Shown in pieces: positions 37,037 to 49,500 of a stretch of DNA of 64,000 nt. Under the pieces are notes generated by a model. It did no database searches and was not told where the DNA came from. It saw only the letters and a list, made by a program, of their open reading frames with translations. The translations under genes and the position numbers were made by a program. The stretch comes from Oopsacas minuta (lineage: Eukaryota; Animalia; Porifera). Position 1 is the first letter of the stretch; each line of letters opens with the position of its first letter. The stretch spans positions 496,001 through 560,000 of the forward strand of contig JAKMXF010000266.1 of assembly GCA_024704765.1 (NCBI GenBank), written 5' to 3'.

Positions 37037-39588
37037 TTATCCTTCGTTAGGTGGTGGAGTATACCATCCCTCTTTATGAGAACTGACGATGAATTTAAAA
37101 TCATCTTGAGCTGAGTGCATAGAAAGGAGTGAAGCATCGCTTTCGAATGAAATTCTAGCTCCTCCTTTACTCATGGTAGCTGATACCTGTAGGATAACAG
37201 ACTCGAGGGAGTAAGCACTAGACCAGCCTTGAGGAGTTAATAATTCCATACATATGGCGCCGCTTGGGAATACAAACCCCCCATGGAGTACTGGACTCAT
37301 TATACGTACAAATGGTGGCTCATACGGATATGAAGCTGTGAATGTAACGTGTATTCGTATGGAGTTCCCTTTATTCTTTTCTGCTAAAGTGATAAGATCT
37401 TTATGTAAAGCACTATCCGTATCTATTTTGAATAGTTCTATCTCCCAACTGTACAGATTATCCTCTTCAACACTAACATTGTATATTTTATCCTTATAAG
37501 CCTGAGATTTGTAAATATCCCTCAATTCTTTCAAAAGACGGTCTGAGGCCATAGCAGATGCTAGGTAAGTAGAATCTTTGTTTTCCTCTTCTGTCGTTGT
37601 TGATTTATACGATTGAATACGCATTTTTTCTAAAAAGTCGCGATTTTCTGCGGACATCCCAGTATCAACACCAGAACCATCTGTCTCACTCCAATCAGCT
37701 TGATTTGGTACGTCATCTTCTGGCAAGAAATCTGCTACATCATCATATTTAGAATAATCTTCAAACTCATCATCATTATAATACGCATCGTCATCATCAT
37801 TAGCATTATCATTATCTTCTCCAACTATATCACTACTGTTTAAATCTGCTTGATAACTGGGCTTGTATAAATCACAAAACTCTTCTACCTTAAAATAATA
37901 CAATTAGAATTAATACATCTTTAAACAGACAAACAGACTATTATGAACTACTATTATGAACCAAGTCAGTGGTCCCTAAAAAATTCTTCCCATATGATAA
38001 TTATTAAACGAGCCTTTGGCTCGTCGCTTCGCGATGAACTCGGCGCATTGCGCCTCGGGCTATTCAACAGACAAACAACAATTGAGATTTAATAATATTG
38101 ATGTTGTTTACAATATTCAGACTCAGCATACTCGAGTATGCCAGTATAGTCGTTGAAAGTACGATTCTACCTCCATTTGAAATTTGTTTACTTTATGTAC
38201 CTAAAAGTAAGCAAATATTCACAATATGTTGTTTACAATACCATATTCGGACTCAGCATACTGAATACCCCAGGATAGTCGTTGAAAGTATGATTCTACC
38301 TTAATTTTGAAATTTGTTTACTTTATATTCATAAAAATAACAATAAATTTACATATGATTAATCCAAAAGTGTGAAAATCGGATTCCGCATATTCGATAT
38401 ATTTAGTGAAGTTTTATTGAATTATATTTACTTCCTTGATAAACACGATAAATGCATAGTTATGCAACAACTTCAAAATTACATACCGTAAATTCTTTCC
38501 TTGACAACAGACAAACAAACAGACAACAAATGAGATCTAATAATATAGATTCTTTTCGCTTAATATGAAGTCTATTTATTTATATTATGAACAAGATTTT
38601 TGGTCCAGTGGGGGGTCACAATAAGCGATCAAGACTGTATGGGTAAAACACTATAATCTGTAATATTCATGGTCAGAGAATCAGATCCTTCAGATTCTAG
38701 ATTCTATGATCCGCATTACTGGTTTGGATCTTAGTCCATAGATATAGATCTGATCTCGTATTAAGATTTGATAATTCTGGAAATTCATTTTAAAATTCAG
38801 TAACAAACCATTCCTGTAACTTCTTGTGGCAATTCGATATTATACGCTGTACACAGTTTCTTGACTAGATAAGCACTTTTGGAGACTAGAGGACATTGTG
38901 TATCATTATCATTATCATTCAAATTCAGTTCTATGCCTAAACCTTGAACTTCACTCTGGTCGACCGTCCATAGAGGCTTAACTTTAGGATAACCTTGTAG
39001 GAAGTTTACCTATATCAAAACAAATATAATTCGCCTATCAGATAGATAGATAGATAGATAATTGCTAGTAGGGAGTAAACTGGATGTGCATTAGTTAGAA
39101 CTTGTATTATAGACTATCATAGAGTAAATCAAATAAGCTGCGAGATTCATCGAATTTCATATACACGTGAAAAGTTGATATCGAGATATCATGAGTATTG
39201 AACTTTATTGATACATACACATCGTGTATAATGAAACTATACATAGACACAATTGGGAAAGCTGTGACACTTACACTAAGTTCTATACAGACTATTAAAT
39301 TTCGGTTAACCCAACCGAATACTAATGATAATATCCGGTTGAGTAGAATATTAAGCTATTCGGTTGTAACCTTGGATAAAACGCACAAATTCAATCTATT
39401 CAGTTTTTTCAATTGCTATTCACAAATACCTGAAATCTAACTCTGGTGTTGTCTGGTAAAATAAATTGTAAACAAGCTTCTTCAGAGTGAAATCTTAGAA
39501 CGAAGAGTTTGTGAGATTTAGGAAACTTGTCTCTTAGAAAGCTGAATTCCAGGTCCAACAAGTTGTTACTAGGAACTTTGCAAGCCAT
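37037..39588 (-). CDS. UBE2Q: Ubiquitin-conjugating enzyme E2 Q family; exons 39430-39588, 38809-39009, 37037-37888
   Basis: RWD-like N-terminus (LEFSFLRDKFPKSH; YPKVKPLW), acidic linker, UBC domain ASDRLLKEL...YPYEPPFVR...GAICMELLTPQGWSSAY with catalytic Cys; all junctions phase 0 GT-AG. Confidence 0.9.
38008..38549 (-). mobile_element. Second copy of the Helitron-like element, with internal ~125-nt tandem units, in a UBE2Q intron
   Basis: Same 5' A|TC end; perfect hairpin ACGAGCC-AAA-GGCTCGT at the 3' end; tandem units start at 38101 and 38226. Confidence 0.6.
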
Positions 39589-40448
39589 TTCTTGCAGGCT
39601 GACAAATATATAACAATGAATTAATATTCAATAAGATAATAACTTTAAAATACTACAGAAACTAAGTAAACTCGTGACTGATATTGACTCAAGTACGTAG
39701 TTTTTAATCGATCAATCAAGTTTCGTATAAAATAGGATCTTGACAGTTCGCTACATTACGTTATACATACAAACAAAGCAAGCTTTGGTTGCGAATAACC
39801 GTGTTCGCCGAAGGGTAACTAGCTATTCAATATAAATATTAGCTAATAACATTATCCTCTATTGCCAGTAGTTTCGTGTTGATTATTTTATCTAATCCTG
39901 GGTCTGGTGCATTTATGCTTTTCTCCTAAAATCGCGAATAGTGGAGTGGAATGGAAATCACCCATGCAAAACTAAATAGCTATCCAAATACGCAGTTTAT
40001 ACTAGTCTAATTGTTACTCTATAGTTACAGATATGACAGATGTCTGTACAAGTTATAACGCTGAACTATTCTATCAATACTGCACATTAATTATTTCCAA
40101 ATTGTTCAATGGACGAATTTACATAAGTTTCATATAATTTAATAAGATGGCCTTAAATCTATAAATCCTATTAAAATATAACTGAGTAAGGTACCTAAGC
40201 CTCCCAGTATAGTATTTGCTGACATTAACATTCACTCGTACACGCCTATGTTTACATTACACGACACCTAACTTGTTTATTTTTTAAATATATACTCGTG
40301 TTGCGAAGTGTCCATGTAATGAATTGTCCAATTAGCGAATGGTCCATGTAGCATAGTGTCAGTGTAAAATGTCAGGGCATTATCGTAAAAGTTTGCTGAA
40401 TAATAGTACTTAGGAAATAATTGGGATTATTGTACAGATATTCAATAA

Positions 40449-40537
40449 TACAGTAAAACCTCCAAAAGTGAACACCTCTAAGAAGTGAACATTCTGGCTG
40501 GTCTCCAGAGTGTGCACTTACTGAAGGTTTCACTGTA
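40449..40537. mobile_element. Short pogo-type MITE (TACAGTAAAACCT...AGGTTTCACTGTA)
   Basis: 13-bp TIR with one mismatch and TA flanks; a related copy lies at 60343-60460. Confidence 0.7.
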
Positions 40538-41046
40538 GAAACTTTAAAAGTATTGCAATTCTCTAATGACACTAACCTGTTCAGTAATTACTAATTAGTA
40601 CTGGCGTATACACACTTACATTGAACAAAAAATCGATCAAGATAAATTTTGAATTTTGTGCCCAGTTTCAAATGTCTTTATATAACGTAAATCTCGGAAT
40701 AATCGCTATAGATATTGTCTTCACGGAAAATTATACCCAGGGGCTAGCGTGGTTGCTTCGTTGCTTTCATTTATTAATCTGATGTAATTACCTCAACCAC
40801 GCCCCAACTATCTGCAGTAGAATCATTCAATACACACATATTACGTAACACATCATATAATTAAGAAATACATGATGTAGACCAAATCTTAATTAATTAT
40901 CTAGAGGATCGTTAGATGCAATAATGAATATAAGAATACTAATAGCATACGTAGCGTAGATCGCTTTGACGGCAGTGAGGGTTAGCTGGTCAAGTAATTG
41001 GTTCTTTGGCTTGCAATATTTCTTCTGGGATTCAAATATTTTCTTT

Positions 41047-41418
41047 TTATTGCATTTTCTTGCTTATAGAATCAGATTGAATTTGTGTAGTAGATAGCAT
41101 TGAATCTCCAATAGCTCTAGAAGCATATTCAGATAGTTTTTCAAAACACACAGCTCCACCTCCTTCCTTAAAACTTATACTGACCTTACCTTCTCCCACC
41201 CAGAGAGCTGATATATAGCTAGCTCCAAATATTGGTTGATGAAATCGTATATTTTCCACTTTACGCAAGGATATATCTATTCTATCACCATTCACGAATT
41301 CAAAAGTTAGATTTGACAAGCCTAGAATTAATACAGCTTGAGATTTAATTGTACTAGAGCCAATTACTTCTAACAATACGCCAGATTGTGTTAACACAGA
41401 TTTAGTCTGTTTAGCCAT
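41047..41418 (-). CDS. WBP2-like PH-GRAM domain protein, short (123 aa)
   Basis: HQPIFGASYI...SFKEGGGAVCF resembles the WBP2 GRAM signature QPVFGANYI...F-x-x-GGAIEF; no PPxY tail in the ORF. Confidence 0.65.
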   Translation of the reverse strand: MAKQTKSVLTQSGVLLEVIGSSTIKSQAVLILGLSNLTFEFVNGDRIDISLRKVENIRFHQPIFGASYISALWVGEGKVSISFKEGGGAVCFEKLSEYASRAIGDSMLSTTQIQSDSISKKMQ

Positions 41419-42060
41419 TCAGAGATGAACTCAAATATTACTATAAATTCAAAATTGTTATAATATAATCAGCTTTGAAGTTCCTTGAAGAGTTCCTTGA
41501 AGAGAACTAGGAAATAATAGCAACTATTCGCCAATAAACACATCCTCAGAACATGAATGGCAGTGCTCAGATATCAGACAATTGTAGATAAATATATATG
41601 TACATCAGCCGATGTATTCGTTTTATGTCCAGAGGCAAGCTGACTAAGGACCGAATTGCCAAAAAAATACTGGATAAATCAGTAAAACATTATCCAATGC
41701 TATGGCATTACGATATATACCAACTGTTGATTATAATCATTTTTTGAGAATTATAAACACGTACGTGCTAACCAGAATTGAATTTATCGTAGGTTGCTGG
41801 TGATTATTTCATAAATTAATTCAGAATAATACCCAAGCATTGGATGACTGTTCAATCAAATATAATAATTACAGATAATTGATCAATAGAATATGAGATT
41901 TGACATTAATTAACCCAACTGTTACACGAGTAATGTAGTTAGGATTCAATGGTCAATTTAATAATATTTCGGGTACATTGTTTTGAAAACAGACTATAGT
42001 TCCATATAACAAGCATCAGTATAATCTTTTGATTTGTAAAGATTCTGTTTTGGCATTTTA

Positions 42061-43299
42061 ATGTCCGATTCTGTGGATATAAATCAAACGCATAGCAGCG
42101 TATGCAATAATGTAAACTCAGTACAGAGTGAACGCGAATCAGTTGAAAGTGTATTAAGTTGCTTCAGTGAAATGGAGGATGTTGATTTTGAAGAGGTTTA
42201 TAACCGATTGAGGTTAGATATACACGAAACGCTGGATGAAATCGTAGAGGAAAAGATGCAAGCGTTACATAAACGTATACAAGAGTTAGAACAAGAAAAT
42301 CAAGTTCTTCTAGAATGCAAAAACACAAATGAACAAACTGTCCAGTCGTTATCAATTAGTAACAGCAAGTTAAAGTTCGAGGTATTAACGTTACAAGAAG
42401 TTCTGAGCAAACAGGTAAATGGAGAAAGCGATAATAACCACATTTCAGCAAATAATACTCGTACAGCTCGAGACATCAAACAATTGAAGATCAGGAGTAA
42501 AAGTACAAATTGGAACAATGACGAGAACAACCCGATAGAAAATGACAATTGCTTTACACAAGATAATACCAAAATTGGAAACAAAACAAAGATTTTACTG
42601 GAAAGAAGCAAAATACTAAAACAAAATAGAACCAATTCATTTTCTGGCTTCTCTACATCAGAAACATCATCATTAGCAGACATGCCAGGTATTGTCAACA
42701 AGCATAAAATACTAGGTCGAACAGGGACAATACGAGGCTTCCAGAATACAGTAAAGAAGAAAGTAAGTTCATACAAACTGATCAATGATTCCTCTTTTCT
42801 ATCCTCACAAGTGCAGAGAATTGTAGAATCTGAATTAGAAAATGAGGAAGATAATTTCCCAGGGAAGCTAGTCGTGTATACAACCAGTTCTATCTTGGTT
42901 CGGGAAATATTTGATAATTGTAAGTTAGTGTTAGAAATTCTTACAAAGCATAAAGTTCAATTCGAGGAGAGAGACTTATTCATAAATCCAGGCTATGAAT
43001 GCGAATTGAAAGAACGTTTTCAAGACGGACAATGCAGTCTCCCTATCTTGTTTCTACGGGGTTATGTACTAGGAGACTGCAATAAAATGGTGCAATTGGA
43101 TGAAGAAGGAGAATTAATAGAACTACTCAAGGAATTTAAAAATGAATCTATAACAGAATGTCTACAGTGTAGAGGTAAGAGATTCACACAGTGCCTCTGG
43201 TGTCAGGGCAGTAAGAAAGGATTATTGAGTCTTAAGTGTAGTGTTTGTAACAAGAATGGTCTTCAACCTTGTTTTGAATGCAACAAACAAGAGAAGTAA
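42061..43299 (+). CDS. Glutaredoxin domain-containing cysteine-rich protein (GRXCR-like) with N-terminal coiled coil, intronless
   Basis: GKLVVYTTS...CKLVLEIL...FEERDLF...ELKER...LPILF..GYVLG followed by four CxxC motifs (CLQC, CLWC, CSVC, CFEC). Confidence 0.85.
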   Translation: MSDSVDINQTHSSVCNNVNSVQSERESVESVLSCFSEMEDVDFEEVYNRLRLDIHETLDEIVEEKMQALHKRIQELEQENQVLLECKNTNEQTVQSLSISNSKLKFEVLTLQEVLSKQVNGESDNNHISANNTRTARDIKQLKIRSKSTNWNNDENNPIENDNCFTQDNTKIGNKTKILLERSKILKQNRTNSFSGFSTSETSSLADMPGIVNKHKILGRTGTIRGFQNTVKKKVSSYKLINDSSFLSSQVQRIVESELENEEDNFPGKLVVYTTSSILVREIFDNCKLVLEILTKHKVQFEERDLFINPGYECELKERFQDGQCSLPILFLRGYVLGDCNKMVQLDEEGELIELLKEFKNESITECLQCRGKRFTQCLWCQGSKKGLLSLKCSVCNKNGLQPCFECNKQEK

Positions 43300-43587
43300 A
43301 ACATTAATATTATATTATTGAAAATTGAAAAGAAGCTAGACATTATATGTGTTGTTGTCAAAAATACAGCTGGAGAAATGTGTTATACCCTGAGTATATT
43401 AGAAGCCAATTTATCGGTGCCTCTGGAACTAAGTTATAGAAATTTTACAAAGTGATCGATAATTGTATGAAATGTTAGAAAATTCGTATTAACCGTGTTC
43501 GTATAAATGATAGTCCATTCTAGTAACAAATATAATGCTATCAAAATGAATCAATTTTGCGGAGTATGAAAATATATACTGATTACG

Positions 43588-46500
43588 TCATACAACTAAC
43601 AATGAACCTGTACAACATGGACATGGCATATGTATACCATGATAATCCTGTATATTAGGTTCAAACACATCAATCCTATCTAAAAGCGTCATAATCTCTT
43701 GCTTTGTATCTTCTGCAGATAATCTAGTCAGAGAGGTATCTATATGCTGTACAGGGTATTTCTCAAGAACCTCTGATATTTCTGTCTCAGGGCTTTGGTA
43801 GTTTTCATCGTGTATTGGTTTACTAAGAGATAAATGCTGTACCAACTGTCTGAGTCTAGATATATCTTCTTGCATGCTACGTTTTTCGACCTGAAGTTGA
43901 TCTAACAAAACCTGTTTCTGTGAATACTGTATTTGTAGAGCTCTCCTCTGAGATTGGTATAGAGATACATACTCTCCTATAGTATCAGTCTCTCCTTCTA
44001 GTAGTGTAAGTAACCTCTCTTTGTGCTGTAGTCTATCATCTAGATCTGCTTTCTGTCGCATAACTTGTACAAACCTTACCTGCAAGCTATCAAATGCTGT
44101 CTGTAGGGCTTGAGTAGCAGGGATTGGAGGGGAGTATGCTCTCTGTTCAAGCAGGATAGGTTTGTCTTCTCCACTTATTTGTATGTCTGTTTCACTTAGA
44201 GATCGAGTTAAGTTGTGTTTCAATACTCTAGGAGGATTTAATTGGGTTTGTATAGAATCTTGCTGTAATTCTCCTAGTTTATTATCAAGTTGATCTCTCT
44301 CTGTTAAGAGACGATTTATATCTTGTTGTAAATCGTACTTTTCAACCTCTATTCTCTCTAAATGTGTTCCTAACTCCTTAGTTTCCTGTGCTAGTTCGCT
44401 GCTACGTAGTCTCTCCTGTCTGAGAGCCTCAGTCATAGATCTCTGATCAGCTAACTGTTCCTGAGAATCAAACAGGTCTTGTTCTGTTTTGCTAAGAGTT
44501 ACTCGTGTGTTCTCTAAGATCTCAGTCAGTCGTACTCGCTCTCTCTCCAGAGAGACTAGTTTATCGTGTACCTAGTGAAGACAATGCAATAACATTGGTA
44601 ATATACACCGGTTCATGCTAGTCTTAGAATAAGTGATCTCTATCTGAACTTATACATGTGTCAGTTAATCTCGAAAGAGAACAAATTGACATCCTTAGAC
44701 TTGAATAAATTTCAAAGTAATCAATTATTCTATAAATTTCTCAACTTTTGTTATGGACCTAAAGTGCAGCTTTGTATGGTGAATAGTTCGCAAAATAGCG
44801 AAATCCGCGTATTAGCAAGGAAAATTCTTACAAAATACGATTTGCTATAGGCGGTTTCCACTGTAACTCATACTGTTTGATTCGAAACGAATTTTGGATC
44901 AGTGGAAGGTTTCACGTCGTTTTGTGGTCACTCGAATATGATCGGGAATATTGTATCCCTAGTAACACAGGAATGTAGCAACATTCCATTCTCAAATTTT
45001 ATCCTAACACTTCAAGTGACCCCTTGGCCGCTAGGTAAGCTGAGTATAGTTATGCAAATATCATCCCTCTAAATGATCTTTAAACACGATTTTACTAGTG
45101 TTAGCTCCGCAGTCCATCTATTTTCTTCAAATTTCTTACAGAGTACCCTACCAACATTCCAGGGTTCTAAGGATTATATGTATTAATTCTTCATTGAAAT
45201 ACGTATTACACAACTTAAGTTTCATCTTGCCTCCCTTCAGGGGTCAAGATCCTCTCTGATCACAATGGAACAATTAAATGCATTATTCAATTATACCAAC
45301 AGGAAGAACCAGCTGCTTCATGATATACGTATGTCATCAAATCTTGAAAGAAAACTAGAATATTTATTAACTATTCAACTCAAATACTTAGAAACTTGCT
45401 TCCTATATGCAATTTATAGGAGGAAATAGTGAAATATTAACTTAACAATATATCTACCTTTTCCATGCTATTATCTCTCCTCTCCTCTCCAACTATCCGT
45501 CCTGCTTCTAAACTAGCTCTCACAGCTTGTAACTCCTGTTCCTTCTCTCTCACTCTCTTCCTGTGTTCCTCTCCTTCTCTTACTCTTCTCTCTGTCTCTG
45601 CTTGCAGCAGTCTACACTGCTCCTGCAGCTGTGAATACTGCTGTCTTGCATGTTCTGTATTCTGATCCATTCTCTCTTTTAGATTATGTATGTTAACCTC
45701 TGACCTAAATATTAATATTATGTCGTAAGTATGAGGTTTGTAATGCATGTTTAATCTTGCTCGAGCCACGCAACAAGTATTCAACAATAAGTATATTAAT
45801 CTGTTGATAATGAATATTAAAATAACAATACAATGGAAATATTTTGCACTTTTTCGAAATGATATTTAGTAGAATATATTTGAGAAAAGATAATAGGTTA
45901 CCATGATACACACTATATATGTCTGTAATCTGAACAGTACTGTTTCAATTGCAAAATAATTAGATATTTTGAACATTTTCCAAAAGTTATAAAATTTGGG
46001 ATCTGTTCGGGTTAGCGAGGTTCGGATGAGTGAGGGTCTACTCACTCTACTGTATGCTACTTACATACATTAACGTATTCTCAATACCTCCTTTGTATCT
46101 GGAATTTAATCATATTTAGTAATTATAATGGGAAATATTCAATTCTAGAAATATAATATCTAGAATATGAGTGATTGAATATATTTGAATAAATTCATTA
46201 AAAGACAAATATTTGCTGTTATAGTCACGTCGTAACGACATTGCAGAATTCCTTCCAGAGTTACTCCTCCTCACTAACTGCATAACAAATGCTGTAAATG
46301 AGCTTACCAGATAATAGCCATTCCCATAATGCCTTCTCATATAGTAAAATATTTTAGAAAATCAGCGTGCATTAATTAGCTTAGTCGTAATTACGGAATT
46401 AGTTATCACAGTAAATTATATTGTATACGAATAATAAATATTCTAAGGATAATTCAAGTAGAATTATGGGACAATGACTGACTAATGTACATAATACATC

Positions 46501-49500
46501 CTCTGACAAACTCAGTTCGTATTAAGTACATCTACATAATTAATTTATAGAGAACATAAAATTACAATAAAGAGGGTGAAGGAAGTTTGAGTTTATTTGT
46601 TAGACATGTAAGTATGAGCTACTGCTGTAAGAGTAGAACTAATAAGGTGAGTGTCATTAGATTTGATTTGGAAGTGTTGAGTAAGACTTGGGTTTTTCCG
46701 ATTAGTGAAGGCTATGTCTAGCATAGAGTCAGTTGGTGTCCACTCCCGTATATCTTTTATGCAAATATCCGGAGTAAGACGAGACAAATCGCTTGATTTT
46801 ACTAATACGACTGATTCAGAGCTTATAACCAGATAGGCATCTTTCTTATGACCCGTAGTCCCACTAGTGCTTACACTGAATATAATAGCTCCGCTTAGAA
46901 AGTTGGATTGGATAGTCTCTGTACACAGCTTCATGATATTCTCAACAGATTCGTGTTTGAGCTCTTCGAGTGTTTTCGCTATCTTAGTTTCTGCTAACTT
47001 GGTAACTGGTACTCCTCTGTGTATGAAGTCTCTCGGACTACTGTTGTAGCTTGTAGCAGTGTTCTGTATAGAATTGAGTGTGTGTAGACATGCGGCTACA
47101 ACACAAGCAGTATCTTCATTCTGAGGTATAGACCCTTGTACAGCAGGTAGCCATCTTTCTGCGAATAGAGTTTGTTCAGTCTTGGAGTTAAGGTATACTT
47201 GAAACATTTCTTTATTGAACTTAGCATCAGATGGTGGGCTTATTATCAAAATGTGACAGGCGGTTACCTTCTGTTCAGCAAGGCTAAGGCTTTTTGATAG
47301 TCTATTATAATAATTTGCAAAAGTTTTACTCTTCTTTGGATTAAGTAAATGTTTACTAGCCAACTTTTTGGGTTTGACACTTATCCTGGGACCGACTAGC
47401 AAATGGGACTGTACGAATTCGTATCTATTATCGAAGAATTTTGAGTAGCGATTAATCATATCTTGTACAGGGATGTTTATATTGATAACATCTTTGAAGA
47501 ATCCGTTTTGAACTGAAGCGAATTGTATGTAGAATAGAACGTAGTTGTCTTTGATAGAAAGATAGTCGTTCTGAGATTGAATAGCGATTGGTAGCGAATA
47601 TTCTGAGTGATCCTCTATATCCGCTAATCCATCGATTTCCAAAGCATCGTCACTCGTTTGGAATTGGTTATATGAACTTTTATTTGATTTTATTGACACT
47701 TTTTTAACTGAGTTCGATTCTGATTTTGTAAAGTCTCTTGTTAATATTGACATTTCTATTGAGATAGTGAGAATGGCGATAATATCTGAAGTTATATATT
47801 ATATTGCTTATAGAATTATTCATATTTCCACTCATTTATATGTGATTTTGAGAATTTGCATATATCTGTTAGAAAAATAGGGGTTTCGGTGTTATTTGCA
47901 CAGCTGAATTGCGGGGTAATATGCTCCCAAAATATTTAATATATTAAATAATGCAAACAACATAGATGTAGGTTGTAGGTGCATTAGTAACATGAATGTA
48001 ATTATAATTTGGTGAAGATAAGTAAATAACTAAGATCATAGATCGTAGCTGGGGGGTAACTAGTGATCCTGGAGAGAGGAAGAAGGGGTGATTATTTGCC
48101 TCTATTGTGGGATTATGATAGAATTTGAATGGGGAAGCGTCAAACGACGGGAAGCAATTGTCTCTAGTCTATCTCATTGCTATTTTAAATCATAATGAAT
48201 ATTTCATCAAAATTGTGCTCATCAATAGCTGATAAAGAAATTTCATCAATATTATACAAATCAGAATACTACTTGCCAACCTTCCAAGGATTATCCAGGG
48301 ATTTGATCTATGATTCAGAGGGAAGATCGCTATTCCAGGGAAAAAGTTATAAGGTTGATAAGTATGAGTGCGTATGGCTAAAGTGAACCTAGATGATTCA
48401 AACATCAAGGACGTACACACAACGAGATAAGAAAAACAATGATTGTACTGGCGAACAATTTTAGCTTTTCAAATGGTGTGTAATTCTATAAGCACATTTA
48501 TCATCATTTTAAGATGAGAATTTGTATACAGTTCTATGTCAGGAAAATGCTCCAGGGGCCGATTATTGTGCCAAGATCAATTTCTAGCCTTACTCTTCAC
48601 GATATTAGTTAATTTGACTAAGTTAAATCATCAAATTACCTTATGCAGTATCTACGTCGTAGTAGACTGAAGAAATGTGACTAGCGAATCACGTAACAGC
48701 CATTACACACCAATCAAACAATGCCATACTGCTACAATATTATACCTCACATATAAATAGATAGAATTTAATATAAATTGACAACAAATATTTCAAACAA
48801 CAACCATCACAAAAGATGACTTCAGTTTATCCAAAAAGCAACGTAAAATCGAAACACATAAAAAAACAGGCAGCAAAACCAAAAGGGAAATATAACAAAT
48901 TCGACTCCAGTAGTGATGATTTTGAACTTATAGGTCTCGAGGATATAGAAGATGCAGAATATTCGCTACCAATCGCTATTCAATCTCAGAACGACTATCT
49001 TTCTATCAAAGACAACTACGTTCTATTCTACATACAATTCGCTTCAGTTCAAAACGGATTCTTCAAAGATGTTATCAATATAAACATCCCTGTACAAGAT
49101 ATGATTAATCGCTACTCAAAATTCTTCGATAATAGATACGAATTCGAGCAATCCCATTTGCTAGTCGGTCCCAGGATAGGTGTCAACCAACATAAACTGA
49201 CCAGTGGATACTCGTTAAGTCATAAGAAAGATAAAAGAAGAGGCCATCTCAAGGATAGACTATCAAAAAGCCTTAGCCTTGCTGAACAGAAGGTAACCGC
49301 CTGCCACATTTTGATAATAAGCCCACCATCTGATGCTAAGTTCAATAAAGAAATGTTTCAAGTATACCTTAACTCCAAGACTGAACAAACTCTATTCGCA
49401 GAAAGATGGTTACCTGCTGTACAAGGGTCTATACCTCAGAATGAAGATACTGCTTGTGTTGTAGCCGCATGTCTACACACACTCAATTCTATACAGAACA

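Noticed and set aside
38098-38304. Tandem ~125-nt units that could suggest a CRISPR-like array or coding repeat
   Set aside because: Long degenerate units without unique spacers, inside a Helitron-like element in eukaryotic DNA.
40372-40572. 66-aa ORF as a possible UBE2Q first exon
   Set aside because: It overlaps a MITE, and a better exon 1 with the UBE2Q N-terminal motif starts at 39588.
48195-48386. 63-aa ORF in the spacer between the FERM paralogs
   Set aside because: Short, no motif, no splice support.
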